A stretch of 64,000 bases of DNA from Pristiophorus japonicus (taxonomy: Eukaryota). Location: assembly GCF_044704955.1 (NCBI RefSeq), contig NC_091984.1:169694001-169758000 (forward strand), written 5' to 3'. The position numbers and the translations under genes are program-made. This document shows positions 24,660 to 36,678 of this stretch, one piece after another (the first letter of the stretch is position 1; every line of letters begins with the position of its first letter). The notes beneath the pieces were generated by a model. The model was given only the letters and a program-made list of their open reading frames with translations. It searched no databases and was not told the origin of the DNA.

Positions 24660-24966
24660 GCAAATTACTTTAAGTAACTATTTCTATGTAAGCAAATAAA
24701 GCAAACAATGATGAGACAAATGACCAGTTAATCTAATTTTTGGACGGACTCCCTGCTTTTCGTCAATGAGAGTAAAGTGATGTTTAACAGCCACCTGAAC
24801 AAGACAGGGCCTTGGGCTTAACATCTCAACCCCAGATTAAAATCCAACACTGCAGCACTCACCTAGTACTGGACCATAGCATCAGTGTAGGTGATGTGCA
24901 CACGTCCTGGACTGAGGCGTGAACATACACGCTGCTGACTCAGCAAAACGCCAACAGCTGAGCCAA
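24660..24966 (-). mobile_element. degenerate SacSINE1/DeuSINE
   Basis: Reverse complement of head (CTGACTCAG...CTGAGCCA) and core (TTAACATCTC, GCAGCACTC). Confidence 0.65.
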
Positions 24967-25399
24967 GCCGGCATTGCCCCGATATCTCCCAAACCTAAAG
25001 CACCTTGCTCAGAAATATGCCAAATTGGTCACCTTTCCCAGTGGGATGGCAGTGAGACCCATGGTGGCTGAAAATACAAGAAATGTTCTGTACTTTTCTA
25101 AAGCCGGGCATTACACAACATAATGAGAGAGTGTGTAACCACAGAACTATTTCACAGTTATCATTCAGAGTTGTAGTTTCTTTACAATAGGGTGCATAAT
25201 GATTACTGCCTGGAGTACTCATGAGTGATGGATCACTCCAATTCATCTTAATACATTGTCACTGCTGAGATATCCTATACTTACACAAATTAGATTAACC
25301 CATTAAATATTTATCAGGCACTAATTGATCTCCCACAGCAGAACAGATAATAAAGTCCAAGTGCAGTGTTCAGGTCAAGCACTGTTACAAGGTGGCGAT

Positions 25400-25625
25400 G
25401 ATGAGGCGAGGAGGAGCCGAGGAAGAGCAGGAGAGGAAAAGGAGGAAGGAGGAGGAGAAAGTGGAAGAATAGAGGAAGAGGATCAAAAAGTGGAGGAGAA
25501 GGAAGGAGGAAGAGGAGAGTGGAAAGCGAGAGTTGGGAATACAGTGAGGAAAAGAGGGGGTGGTGGGGGGGAGGCGAAGGCATAGGAGTGGTGACAAAAA
25601 GGGGAGGAGTGGAGGCGAAGGGAGA
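25400..25625. repeat. GA-rich low-complexity tract
   Basis: GAG/GGA-rich purine tract. Confidence 0.85.
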
Positions 25626-26009
25626 ACAGGTTGGGGGCGTGCTAGTGTATGTTCGCTGGGTCAGCATACAGTCCCAGTTATGGGTTATATAGCTAACCTT
25701 ACATAATAGGACTATTAACATTAGATGGCCTATCACAGTGCCACCTACAGGTGTCATTGGTACTGCACGTACATTTGGATATTTTTATAATTGATTTTCC
25801 CATTGAGAAAGCCTAACTCCATACATTTTGGAGCAGAATGTTGCAACTGCAGAGATTGCAATATATGATAAATATACTCTCTTCTGCATCTAGCCCATTT
25901 TAGAATTTTGCGCAGATAAAAATGTTACAAAATATATAAATCCGTTTCTACCAGAGATCCAGGTGTACAGATTTTATTCAAATATTGATTTTTCTTTGTT
26001 TTTGCACAT

Positions 26010-26290
26010 CAGGGCAATGCTGGGAAATGAACTCAGTGCCACGATCGAGAACTCCCAGATGCAAAGTAAAGCGGTTCACAAAATTACATCTCAAGCAACT
26101 TGTCTTTGCATCAGATGGCACCAGCAGCAGCCCTGTACCAGGGCTGGGGGTGGTCTACAGCAAATCAAACCCCGTATCTGCCATGGGGAGCGCACAATGG
26201 AAATTCGACGCTGGAACAATACAGAGGACGTTGGTGGTGACGACCACCATTCACTCATTTGGTTCAAGCCGTGCTTGTGCTCGGCCACGA
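26010..26290 (-). mobile_element. ancient LF-SINE-like fragment
   Basis: Minus strand TTACTTTGCATCTGGGAG...GAGTTCATTTCCCAGCATTG parallels 1055-1140. Confidence 0.45.
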
Positions 26291-26489
26291 AGCGCAGAAA
26301 GTAAAACCAATACAATATACAGAACAATAGCCACGTGGTCATCCAGCGACGGTTTCCTTAACTGAAAGGTCAGGAGTCCAGGACGACAGAGCTAGTACTA
26401 CCGGTCAATCACATGTATCTGAATGTCCTGTACCACCCACATCATTTCAATCAATCAGGGGGCATGGTCTTGACCCCGGGTGACCTTAG

Positions 26490-26755
26490 CGTACAGTACT
26501 GAGGGACTGCTGCATTTTAAGACACGATGTCCTTTGGATGTGACATCAGACTGAGACCCTGTCTGTCTATTCAGCTGCAAGTGCAAATCCTAATACAATG
26601 CAAGTTTAGCTGATTTCTTATCCAACAGCCCCCTCTCAACCAATAGCGAGGCTGTTTGTCTACATAACTACAGTTACTACACTTCAAGAGTAATTCATAA
26701 TGCAAAGAACTTCATGACATTTCAGTGTGACAAGTTTATACAAGTGCAAGTGCTG
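26490..26755 (+). mobile_element. degenerate SacSINE1/DeuSINE
   Basis: GTACAGTACTGAGGGACTGCTGCATT core; ACAGTTACTACACTTCAA tail. Confidence 0.65.
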
Positions 26756-26859
26756 TTTATTGTACAGAGTATTGGTGAGTTTGACGTGGCAATATAGGCT
26801 TAAGTCACTGATTACAGGTCATGAAAAGGCAGAGGCGTGGGTGAAGGAGGGCTGGACAT

Positions 26860-27003
26860 TCCTTCAAAGCTACTCCTTTGACCAAATTTTTAGTCACCCT
26901 TCCTAATATCTGCTTCTTTGGCTTGGTGTTAATTTCCATCCGAAAATGTGCCTGTGAAATGCCTTGGGATGTTTTTCTACGTTAAAGACGTATAAAGACA
27001 GCT
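26860..27003 (+). mobile_element. L2 3' tail
   Basis: CTTTGACCAAATTTTTAGTCACC...CTGTGAAATGCCTTGGGATGTTTTTCTACGTTAAAG. Confidence 0.7.
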
Positions 27004-27410
27004 GTTTTCTTTGGAACAGAGGAGGCTGAGGGGAGACATGATTGAGGTGTATAAAATTATGAGTGGTCTAGATAGAGTGGATAGGGAGGACCTATTTCCC
27101 TTAGCAGAGAGGTCAACAACCAGGGGGCATAGATTTAAAGTAATTGGTAGGAGGTTTAGAGGGGACTTGAGGGGGAATGTTTTCACCCAGAGGGTGGTGG
27201 GGGTCTGGAACTCACTGCCTGAAAGGGTGGTAGAGGCAGAAACCCTCACCACATTTAAAAAGTACTTGGATGTGCACTTGCAGTGCCGTAACCTACAGGG
27301 CTACGGACCAAGAGCTGGAAAGTGGGATTAGGCTGGGTAGCCCTTGGTCGGCTAGCACAGACACGATGGGCTGAAGTGGCCTCCTTCCGTGCTGTAAATT
27401 TCTATGATTA
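27004..27410 (+). mobile_element. CR1 3' fragment (same subfamily as 2805-3374)
   Basis: EQRRLRGDMIEVYKIM...FKKYLDVHLQCRNLQGYG. Confidence 0.9.
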
Positions 27411-27930
27411 TTGTGGCGATAAGGCAGTGCAAAGGCATAACTTGTCTAGGGTCTGTACAAGTTGTTTTGAATTTACAACTTCATGGAGACAATGATGAAA
27501 TGGAGGATACTTCACAAGCATTAACTAGCAAGCCACTTGCCTCATTGCAGAAGTTGGTAAAAACTGGTTTGGGAGCAGGTTCGGACTCCATTACCCAGTT
27601 GGGCACTGTCTTGAAGCAACGGTTGCCTGATCTGGACACTGGCATTAATTAGCATGCAGCATCCAGCATCCTTGGCATCTGCAGGAGACAACTCAAGCCT
27701 GCAGGCAGAGAGACACAGCTTGAACCTCCCTGAAGAATGCTCCCACTGATGATGTCATGGTGTAAATACAATTGGTCCAAGACATGACGAGGCAGGCTTT
27801 GACACGTATGGAGGTACAATAAGGAGAGTCATTGTAACAACATTCAGAAACCTCGCAGCAGTACAACAATCTCGGCAAACAGGCTGCTCCCGGGGCTTGC
27901 CTCCCGCAGTGGCACGTACACAGAAGGGGA

Positions 27931-28627
27931 CAACAACTTGTATTTATATAGTGCCTTTAATGTCGACAAAACAATAAATTTGACAACGAGCCACACAAGA
28001 AGAAATTACGGCAGATGACCGCTTGGTCAAAGAGGTAGGTTTTAAGGAGCGTTGTAAAGAAGGAAAGCGAGGTAGAGAGGCAGAGAGGTTTAGGGAGGGA
28101 GTTCCAGAGCTTAGGGCCGAGGCAACAGAAGGCACAACCACCAATGGTTGAGTGATTATAATCAGGGATGCTCAAGAGGGCAGAATTATAGGTGCGCAGA
28201 TATCTCAGGGGTTGTGGGGCTGGAGGAGATTACAGAGATAGGGAGGGGCGAGGCCATGGAGGGATTTATAGGGCAGGGTCATGGAGGGATTTGTAAACAA
28301 GGATGATAATTTTGAAATCGAGGCATTGCTTAACCGGGAGCCAACGTAGGTCAGCGAGCACAGGTGTGATGGGTGAGCGAGACTTGGTGTGAGTTAGGAC
28401 ACAGGCTGCCGAGTTTTGGATCACCTCAAATTTACGTAGGGTAAAATGTGGGAGGCTGTGCTGGAATAGTCAAGTCTGGAGGTAACAAAGGCATGGATGA
28501 GGGTTTCAGCAGCAGATGAGCTGAGGCAGGGGTGGAGACAGGCGATGTTACAGAGGTGGAAATAGGCGGTCTTAGTTATGCCGCGGATATGTGGCCGGAA
28601 GCTCCTTTAATATGACACCGAGGTTGC
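27931..28627 (-). mobile_element. L2-clade LINE 3' fragment
   Basis: Highly similar to 21245-21972; GPKLWNSLPK...LKTYLF. Confidence 0.9.
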
Positions 28628-28753
28628 TAGGTGCCTCCCAAGTTGCGAGCACCAGCATGTGAGCAAAATACAGAAGCAGCACATCGGAAGGTTGTGGCTG
28701 GGTCTGCAACACGTACAATTAGGTGGCGAGCAGGATCACAAATATCATACATT

Positions 28754-28980
28754 ATAGAATCATAGAATAGTACAGTACAGGAGGCCATCCAGCCCATCGA
28801 GTCATCGCCAGCTCTTTTAAAGCGCAATCCAGTCAGTTCCACTCCCCTGCTCTTTCCCCATATCCCTACAATTTTTTCTCCAAGTATTTATCCAATTCCC
28901 TTCTGAAAGCTACTATTGAATCTGTTTCCACCAGCCTATCAGGCAGTGCATCCAAATCCTAACCACTCGTTGTGTAAAAC
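28754..28980 (-). mobile_element. CR1 3' tail
   Basis: ATAGAATCATAGAA tail and C-terminal coding remnant. Confidence 0.8.
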
Positions 28981-30624
28981 ATCGTACACAAAAAACACCG
29001 GAATCGAGTAAATAAATCACAAATGGACAGCACATTGGTGCATCACATTAAACATACTGCACACATACACGTTTGCATTAATAAAAACTGAAGCTCAGCA
29101 CTGCAAAGGTTGCTGTCAGTATTTTATCTAAAATTAATTCTAAAAAACACATAATACGGCTTGTGCAGAACAGTGGGGAGAGAAGCAGCACTTAACTCCT
29201 CTGCCATAGAAAACAGCCTTTAGTTAAAATGTAGTTACAAAGTTCTGCATTCTGTGGGCTGTGTATAGGCCTCAACAGTGCCCACGGCACCTGTGCCACT
29301 TTGGGCATTGATCTGTGTCCTGGAATCGAACCATCTGTAGATCCTCTTCACCTCCTTTAATGCCAAGACTGTGCCACGTGCAACCCACAATTATTCTGCC
29401 AACTCATACTGCAAGGTACCAGTGTGGTCCACAAACAAAATGTTTTAAGTGATGAAAGGTTTGCTGGTATATATCTGCCCAGAAAACGGGTGTGGCTTCT
29501 TGTGGGGGCTTGGGATTTCTGAGAGTTGTCACCCACCATGTGTGAAGCAGGCAATCCTGGTGTCCCAGGGGTCAACCCTACAATTTGTTTTCCCTTCCCA
29601 ATAGTTGGGAAATCCTCGATTGGCTCAACGTGTGTGCACCATGAGCACCCCCTCACATATTTTCCCCCAGTGATCGCACAGCACCTGAACATTCAGGGGA
29701 CTGTCAGCTTTCTGATGATAAAAGACACAGGCACGATGGACCAAATGGCCTTCTCCTGTGCTGTGAGATTCTATGAAAAGGAAGGGCAGTGCTTGTAGTT
29801 TCGGATTGTCAATGGTGCTTTGTATTCAGGGAAAGCCGTATGAGTGGATAAATTGTGTCCGCCTCCCCAGGTGGTGCTACACGTTGGTTATCTGTTCCCT
29901 CAGCGATTCAATGATACACTGCACATGGGCTGATCTCCTGTTTGTGCTTAGAAACTGGTGGCATTGAAGTTTAGTGTGGTCATAATTGGTACTGCCGTTA
30001 TTTGGAGTTTGCCCTTCAATGTAGGTCTGGTTTCAGGAGTGGACACCGTTCAGAGTTTGCAGCCCTGTCAAGACACAGCCTCCTTTACACATTATTCCTT
30101 GCTAGCATTCAGGTAGATGACATCGTGCTGCACCAGGCAGTCTTCAAAGTCCTTGAACTTCCAGGGCCATGGCCTTTGCTGTTTCTGTTCCTCCTCCAAA
30201 GTGCCTAACAAAGAGATACTTGATGATTCATCAATGCTCGATTGGTCAGTAAAAGACTCTTCCTTGGCTAGCTCTGTAAACTATCCTATGCTCACCTCTT
30301 TAAACCAGCTTCAACTATCTGAGATTAACCTGAATCAGTTAAGTTTGCAGGTTTCCTATTTACTATTGCTGAGCAAGAACTTAAAGTAAAAACCACAATG
30401 AAAAAAGGCTCAGTGCGTTAATGTGCGTGCGGTTTGGTCCCAGGACAGGTTCAGGACATTGGGCACGCCACATCAGTCAAACAGAAATTTGCAGTAGTTT
30501 GGCTTGGAGACCAACATGGAGTTTTTGTGTGTCAAAAAAAGATAGAAATGATAAACTGGGAGAAGTGTGAGTTTTTATGTCAAGAATATGAAACCTAAAT
30601 AGACAAACTTGGATCAAACATGTT

Positions 30625-31550
30625 AACATAGAAAATAGGAGCAGTAGGCCACTCCGCTTTTCGAGCCTGCTCCACCATTCAATATCATGGCTGATCCTGT
30701 ATCTCAACACCATATTCCCGCTTTTCCCCCATACCCCTTGATGCCTTTTGTTTCTAGAAATCTATCGATCTCCCTCTTGAATATATTCAGTGACTTGGCC
30801 TCCAGCCTTCTGCGGTAGAGAATTTCACAGGTTCACCACCATCTGAGTGAAAACATTTCTCCTCATCTCGGTCCTAAATTTCCCAACCCGTATCCTGAGA
30901 CTGTGACCCCCTTGTTCTAGACTTCCCAGCCTGGAGAAACATCCTCCCCGCATCCAATCTATCCAACCCAGTCAGAATTTTATAAGTTTCAATGAGATCC
31001 CCTCTCATTCTTCTAAACTCTAGTGAATACAGGCCTAGTCGACCCAATCTCTCCTCGTATGACAGTCCTGCCATCCCAGGAATCAGTCTGGTGAACCTTC
31101 GGTGCACTCCCTCTATGGCAAGTATATCCTTTCTTAGGTAAGGAGACCAAAACTGCACACAATACTCCAGGTGCGGTCTCACCAGGGCCCTGTATAACTG
31201 TAGTAAGATATCCTTGCTCCTGTACTCAAATCCTCTTGCAATGAAGGCCAACATACCATTTGCCTTCCAAACTGCTTGCTGCACCTGCATGTTTGCTTTC
31301 AATGACTGGTGTACAAGGACACCCAGGTCCCTCTGTACATCGACATTTCCCAAGCCATCACCATTTAAATAATACTTTGTACTTATGTTTTTCCTACCAA
31401 AGTGGATAACTTCACATTTATCCACGTTATACTGCATCTGCCATGTGTTTGCCCACTCACTCAACCTATCTAAATCACCTTGCAGCGTCTTTGCATCCTC
31501 CTCACAACTCACAATCCCACCTAGTTTTGTGTCGTCAGCAAATTTGGAAA
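30625..31550 (-). mobile_element. CR1 3' fragment
   Basis: [11 protein letters not shown]...[13 protein letters not shown]. Confidence 0.93.
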
Positions 31551-32154
31551 GATTAGGTACAGATAAAGTGGAAATATTGTGGATTGAGACAAACAACATT
31601 AAACGGAAGAAAAACTATTGGGATGTGCTATAAACACTCAGTAAGAAAGGAGGATTACATCTGGAAGTTTACAAACTAATAAGGGAATCGACATACCAGG
31701 GATAAACTGGGAAATTTATAATGGGAGTAAAAGGATTTAAAATAGGTTTGTGGACAGATACTGGACAGGTACCTGTCTCAAATAGTTAAGGAATCTACAT
31801 GGAGGGGATGATACTGGACCTGACACAGTGTATGCAATAGCCAGGGGACATGTGTAAGAAACTGTAGTTAGAAAGGGCTTTGACACTGGTACAAGTGGGG
31901 TGTTTGCACACTCGTTTACCAAGTGCAGATCCTGCACAACCCAATATAAACCAAAGCCAGCATCCAGGACCAACTACAATGGGGCTGGATTTAAGGTCAG
32001 GCTAACAAAAGGGAACAGAAAGCACAACAAAGCCTCTCAAGTTTGAGGAAGGAGACAAGGAACGGAGAAGAGAGAACCAAAGGGACTGTGACACATTGGC
32101 AGAAACACTACTCGGAATACAAAAGAACGCTAAAGAGATAAGTAAACTGATGAG

Positions 32155-33122
32155 GTAAGAACATAAGAAATAGGAGCAGTAGTAGGCCATACGTCCCCCA
32201 TCAAGCCTGCTCCACCATTCAATCTGATCATGGCTGATTTGATCATGGACTCAGATCCACTTCCCTGCCTGCTCCCCATAACCCCTTATTCCCTTATCGG
32301 TTAAGAAACTGTCTATCTCTGTCTTAAATGTATTCAATGTCCCAGCATCCACAGCTCTTTGAGGCAGCGAATTCCACAGATTTACAACACTCAGAAGAAA
32401 TTCCTTCTAATCAGAGTTTTAAATGGGTGGCCCCTTATTCTAAGATTATGCCCTCTAGTTCTAGTCTCTCCCATCAGTGGAAACATCCTCCCTGCATCCA
32501 CCTTGTCAAGCCCCCTCATAATCTTATAAGTTTCGATAAGATCACCTCTCATTCTTCTGAATTCCAATGAGTAGAGGCCCAACATACTCAACCTATCCTC
32601 ATAAATCAACCCCCTCATCTCCGGAATCAACCTAGTGAGCCTTCTCTGAACTGCCTCCAAAGCAGGTATATCCTTTTGTAAATATAGAAACCAAAATTGC
32701 ACGTAGTATTCCAGGTGTGGCCTCACCAATACCCTGTACAACTGTAGCAAGACTTTCCTGCTTTTATACTCCATCCCCTTTGCAATAAAGGCCAAGATTC
32801 CATTGGCCTTCCCGATCACTTGCTGTACCTGCATACTAACCTTTTGTGTTTCATGCACCAGGACCCCCAGGTCCGCTGTACTGCAGCACTTTGCAATTTT
32901 TCTCCATTTAAGTAATAATTTGCTCTTCGATTTTTTTCTGCCAAAGCGGATAAGCTCACACTTTCCAACGTTATACTCCATCTGCCAAATTTTTGCCCTC
33001 TCACTTAGCCTGTCTACGTCCTTTTCCAGATTTTACGTGTCCTCCTCACACATTGCTTTTCCTTCCATCTTTGTATCGTCAGCAAACTTGGCTACGTTAC
33101 ACTCGGTCCCTTCATTCAAGTC
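32155..33122 (-). mobile_element. CR1 3' fragment
   Basis: MEYNVGKCE...RPHLEYYVQFW; TAAGAACATAAGAAATAGGAG tail. Confidence 0.93.
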
Positions 33123-33337
33123 ATCCAAGTAAACAGGGTAAGTGATGGAGCAGGAAAAGGCATCAGTACAAACCTAGTTTTAGAACAGAGATGGAGAGAG
33201 GAATATGGTAAAGAAGGTTAAGAAACTGGTTAGAGAGATAATGTAGAAAATTAGATTAAGATTGGGGGGGGGCGGGGGGGAGAAGATGAATCACAATATG
33301 GAAGACTTTTATAAATATTAAATATTTATCTGTCAAC

Positions 33338-33800
33338 ACTGTGGTTCAGTGGGTAGCATACTCACCTTCTGAGTCAGAAGGTTGGGGTTCAAGTCCCACT
33401 CCAGGGACTTGAGCACATAAATCTAGGCTGACACTCCAGTGCAGTGCTGATTGATCGTTGCACTGTTGGAGGTGCCGTCTTTCAGATGAGACGTTAAACC
33501 GAGGCCCCGCCTGCTCTCTCAGGTGGACGTACAAGATCCCAGAGGACTATTTCGAAGAGCAGCAAGGGGAGTTATCCCCGGTGTCCTGGATAATATTTAT
33601 TCCTCAATCAACATAACAAAAACAGATTATCTGGTCATTATCACATTGCTGTTTGTGGGTGCTTGCTGTGCACAAGTTGGTTGCCACGTTTCCTACATCA
33701 CAACAGTGACTACACTCCAAAAGTACTTCAACGGCTGTAAATCATTTTGAGATGTCTGGTGGTCGTGAAAAGTGTTATAGAAATGCAAGTCTTTCTTTTC
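33338..33800 (+). mobile_element. full-length SacSINE1/DeuSINE
   Basis: tRNA-like head with A box (TGGTTCAGTGGG) and B box (GGTTCAAGTCC), Deu core (GATGAGACGTTAAACCGAGGCCCC), LINE-derived tail ending ATGCAAGTCTTTC. Confidence 0.9.
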
Positions 33801-34864
33801 TTTATATACTCAAAGCAAAAAGATGGGCAAGGAAATAGTCGGAACTCTGAGGACCCAAAGGATGTTTTGATATCAAGGAACAAAGTATATGGCAGCCCTC
33901 CCAATACAGAGGTGAAATTTCCAAGGAAATATAAAGAATGATAGGAATTACAAACAAAGGATGTGAAAGACAGGTTGGGGGCAGTAAAAGAGACCAAGAT
34001 ACTTGGCCCGGAGAGGCTGCACACTCAGGTATTTAAGATAGTAACGAATGAAAACGGTCATGTTCTGGCGAATATCTTTAGGGAATCATTAGCAGGTCTG
34101 ATGACAACTCCAATTTATTAAAAGCAGAAGGAGGATAACCCCTGGGAATCACAGTGTGGTGAGCTTGACGTGTAGCTGGAAAAACATTGCAGGGCATCCT
34201 GAAGGAGTGGAGAATGAAGCACCTTGGAATAAGTCACAGTCATGTGACTCAATGGGAGGGCAGTTAGGCCTGGCAAATTTATCATCGTCATGAGAAATAA
34301 TGGAGCTGGTGGACAAAGGATACTCAGTGCACGTTATATATGTAGATTTTAGCAAAGTTCTTGTCAGTGCCATGAGGAAAATTGGTCCACAAGGCTGAAA
34401 GACAGAGCTGGGGCACAGGGAACTGCTGCTTGGAAATGGCTGAATCAAAAGAAACAAAGCTGCATATGGTGCTGTAATGACACACTGATATGGGCAGGGG
34501 GAGGGGGGGGCGGGTGGTGGGGGGTGGGAACTCAGCATTTTTCAGGGATCAGTGCTTGGACTGTTACTATTACTATGTATAAATGATTTGGTGGGGAACC
34601 CCAGGAAAAAAATACCAGATTTCTAATCTTATTTTGGGAGAGTAGCCTGCATGCCCTGCTGTCCCCCTTTACATTGGATGTCAAGAGCACACTGCAGACA
34701 TGCTGAGCTCCGCGGTACAAGAAATAGCAGGAGTCTCAGTTTAGACAATTAGAACTACTTTAAGTCTAAATACTCAATTTCTACAAATTACTCAGTGCTG
34801 AATTTTAGAAAGTAGAATTTTTTTTTAAAAGTATGTTAAATAACAATTTTCTTAATTCAGATTT

Positions 34865-35033
34865 CTTAAGAAATATTCAAGGTAGAGATTAATAGATTTA
34901 TGGACATTGAAGGACTCGAGGGATATGGGTGAAGGTGGAGTTGAGGTAGAAGATCAGCCGTGATCTTATTGAGTGGTGGAACAGGCTCGAGGGGCCGAAT
35001 GGCCGATTCCTTCTCCTATTTCTTATGTTCTTA
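34865..35033 (+). mobile_element. CR1 3' tail
   Basis: ATATTCAAGGTAGAGATTAATAGAT...CCTATTTCTTATGTTCTTA. Confidence 0.85.
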
Positions 35034-35842
35034 AATAGTTCGGCATTTTCCATAAATTAGCAAAACAATTCAAAACCCCTTTGCTTTTTAAAAAAAAGTC
35101 TCAAGAGTCAACATTAGGTTTTATTGTTGACTACAAATCCCTTTACTGTATGTAATCCCCAGACAAATAAATGTCCAGAACACAGCTCAATACAAGACAA
35201 CACCCTGCACTTCTTCCCCAACACGACATGCTGGCTCAGCCCAGCCTCCATCCACCAGTGCATGCAGTCAAAACACAAGCATTCCCGGATAACTCCAGCT
35301 CAACGACTCCCTGTCCAATAATTAAGGAGGCCCAAGCAGTCTGCAAGGTGGCGATAAACAAGGGCAGCAAGCGGGTGCCGAGGGAGGCAGAGGATATCAG
35401 CGACACATCCCTTTGCTAATTAACAGGGTATTCTGTGGAGAATTCTTCCAATTCTCAGCTCGCAGCTCCAGATGATGCGGAGATCAATTTGAAAGGAATA
35501 CATTCCGTTTTCCAATCTTACAATTTGTTACAGAGAGGGTTTTTGGGGGGAATGGGGCAAATTCTTTAAAACCTCTAATCCTGGCTGCTGGAAGGAGCTT
35601 TTTTTGCCGGGGAATGCTGCATCTGTGTGTCTCCTTCGCTTTCCCCCATCCTCCCACCAACTGCTTAATAATATTTATCTGCAGACTTAAAATACAAGAT
35701 GACAAAAGTAATGGCGATTTGACCATAATTTGTGAGGATGGCAAAGAGTTTATTTATATCAGAATTGCAGAGAGCTTCCCATGTCATTTCTATATAGTTT
35801 AATTCAATGATTAAATATTCAGAAAATGTATATGTAGAAACA

Positions 35843-36370
35843 TGGGGGAGACTGTGAGGGGGGGGGGGAAAGAGAATGTAGGGGTGGGAGGGGGAAGAGG
35901 TTGTGGGGTGGGGGGAGGGGGGGGAAGAGAAGACTGTAGGAGCGGGGGGAGAGACTGTCGGGGGGAGGGGGGAAGAGGGCGGGTGAGGCTGTGTGGTGGG
36001 GGGGGCGGCAGCAAGAGGCTGTGGTGGGGGGGGGGAGGGGGTGTAAGGGGAAGAGGCTATAGGGGGGGGAAGAGGAAGGGGGAAGAGACTGTGGGGGGGG
36101 GGAGGCTGAGGGGGGGGAAGGGGAAAGAGGCTGTGGGGGGGGGGGAAGGGGGAAGAGGCTGTGGGGGGGGGGAAGAGGGGGAGGGGGAAGAGGCTGTGGG
36201 GCGAGGGAAAGAGAGGTTGTGGCGGGAGGGGGGGGAAAAAGAGGTTGTAGCGGGGGGAGGGGGGGGGAGAGTGGGAAGAGGCTGTGGGGGGGGTAGTGAG
36301 ACTGGGGTGAGGGGTGAGGGAGAGACATTGTGTGGGGGCAGACTGAGGGGAGGGGGCAGAGAGAGACTGT
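35843..36370. repeat. G-rich minisatellite (GAAGAGGCTGTG(G)n units)
   Basis: More than 10 imperfect units with long G runs. Confidence 0.9.
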
Positions 36371-36678
36371 AAGAAGTGACATAACTGTCATGGATAAAAC
36401 TGAAATAGCGAAGCATGGGGGAGAAGAAAAAATAAGGAGGGTGCATGAGTGAGAGAGAATACGAGAGAGATTTGTTTTACATATATTAATCTATTGTGGA
36501 CAGAGCTAGAATGGAAGGTGTACAAATTGTCGCTGTCTCTCACTCACTATCTGCTTTCATTACGTATGGGTCTTTTGCACACTTCTCTCCATTACTGATG
36601 TATCTGAAAGACTAATTTCCAGCAATTTGATATACATGAATACTAATGGGGAAGCTCCGCAGCTTACCCCATCTAACA

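Larger units (their letters stand above)
31550..34600 (+). mobile_element. very old CR1 (fragmented; hosts younger CR1 and SINE)
   Basis: Faint EILWIE, GPERLHTQV (GPD.LHPRV), VIYVDFSK and QGSVLG remnants in colinear order. Confidence 0.55.

Noticed and set aside
25314-25757. Glu/Gly-rich and hydrophobic ORFs
   Set aside because: Artefact of the GA-rich low-complexity tract
33338-33410. tRNA gene
   Set aside because: A/B boxes belong to a SINE head followed by the Deu core
35811-36446. Pro-rich and Gly-rich ORFs up to 190 aa
   Set aside because: Translations of a G/C-rich minisatellite with no stop codons; no coding evidence
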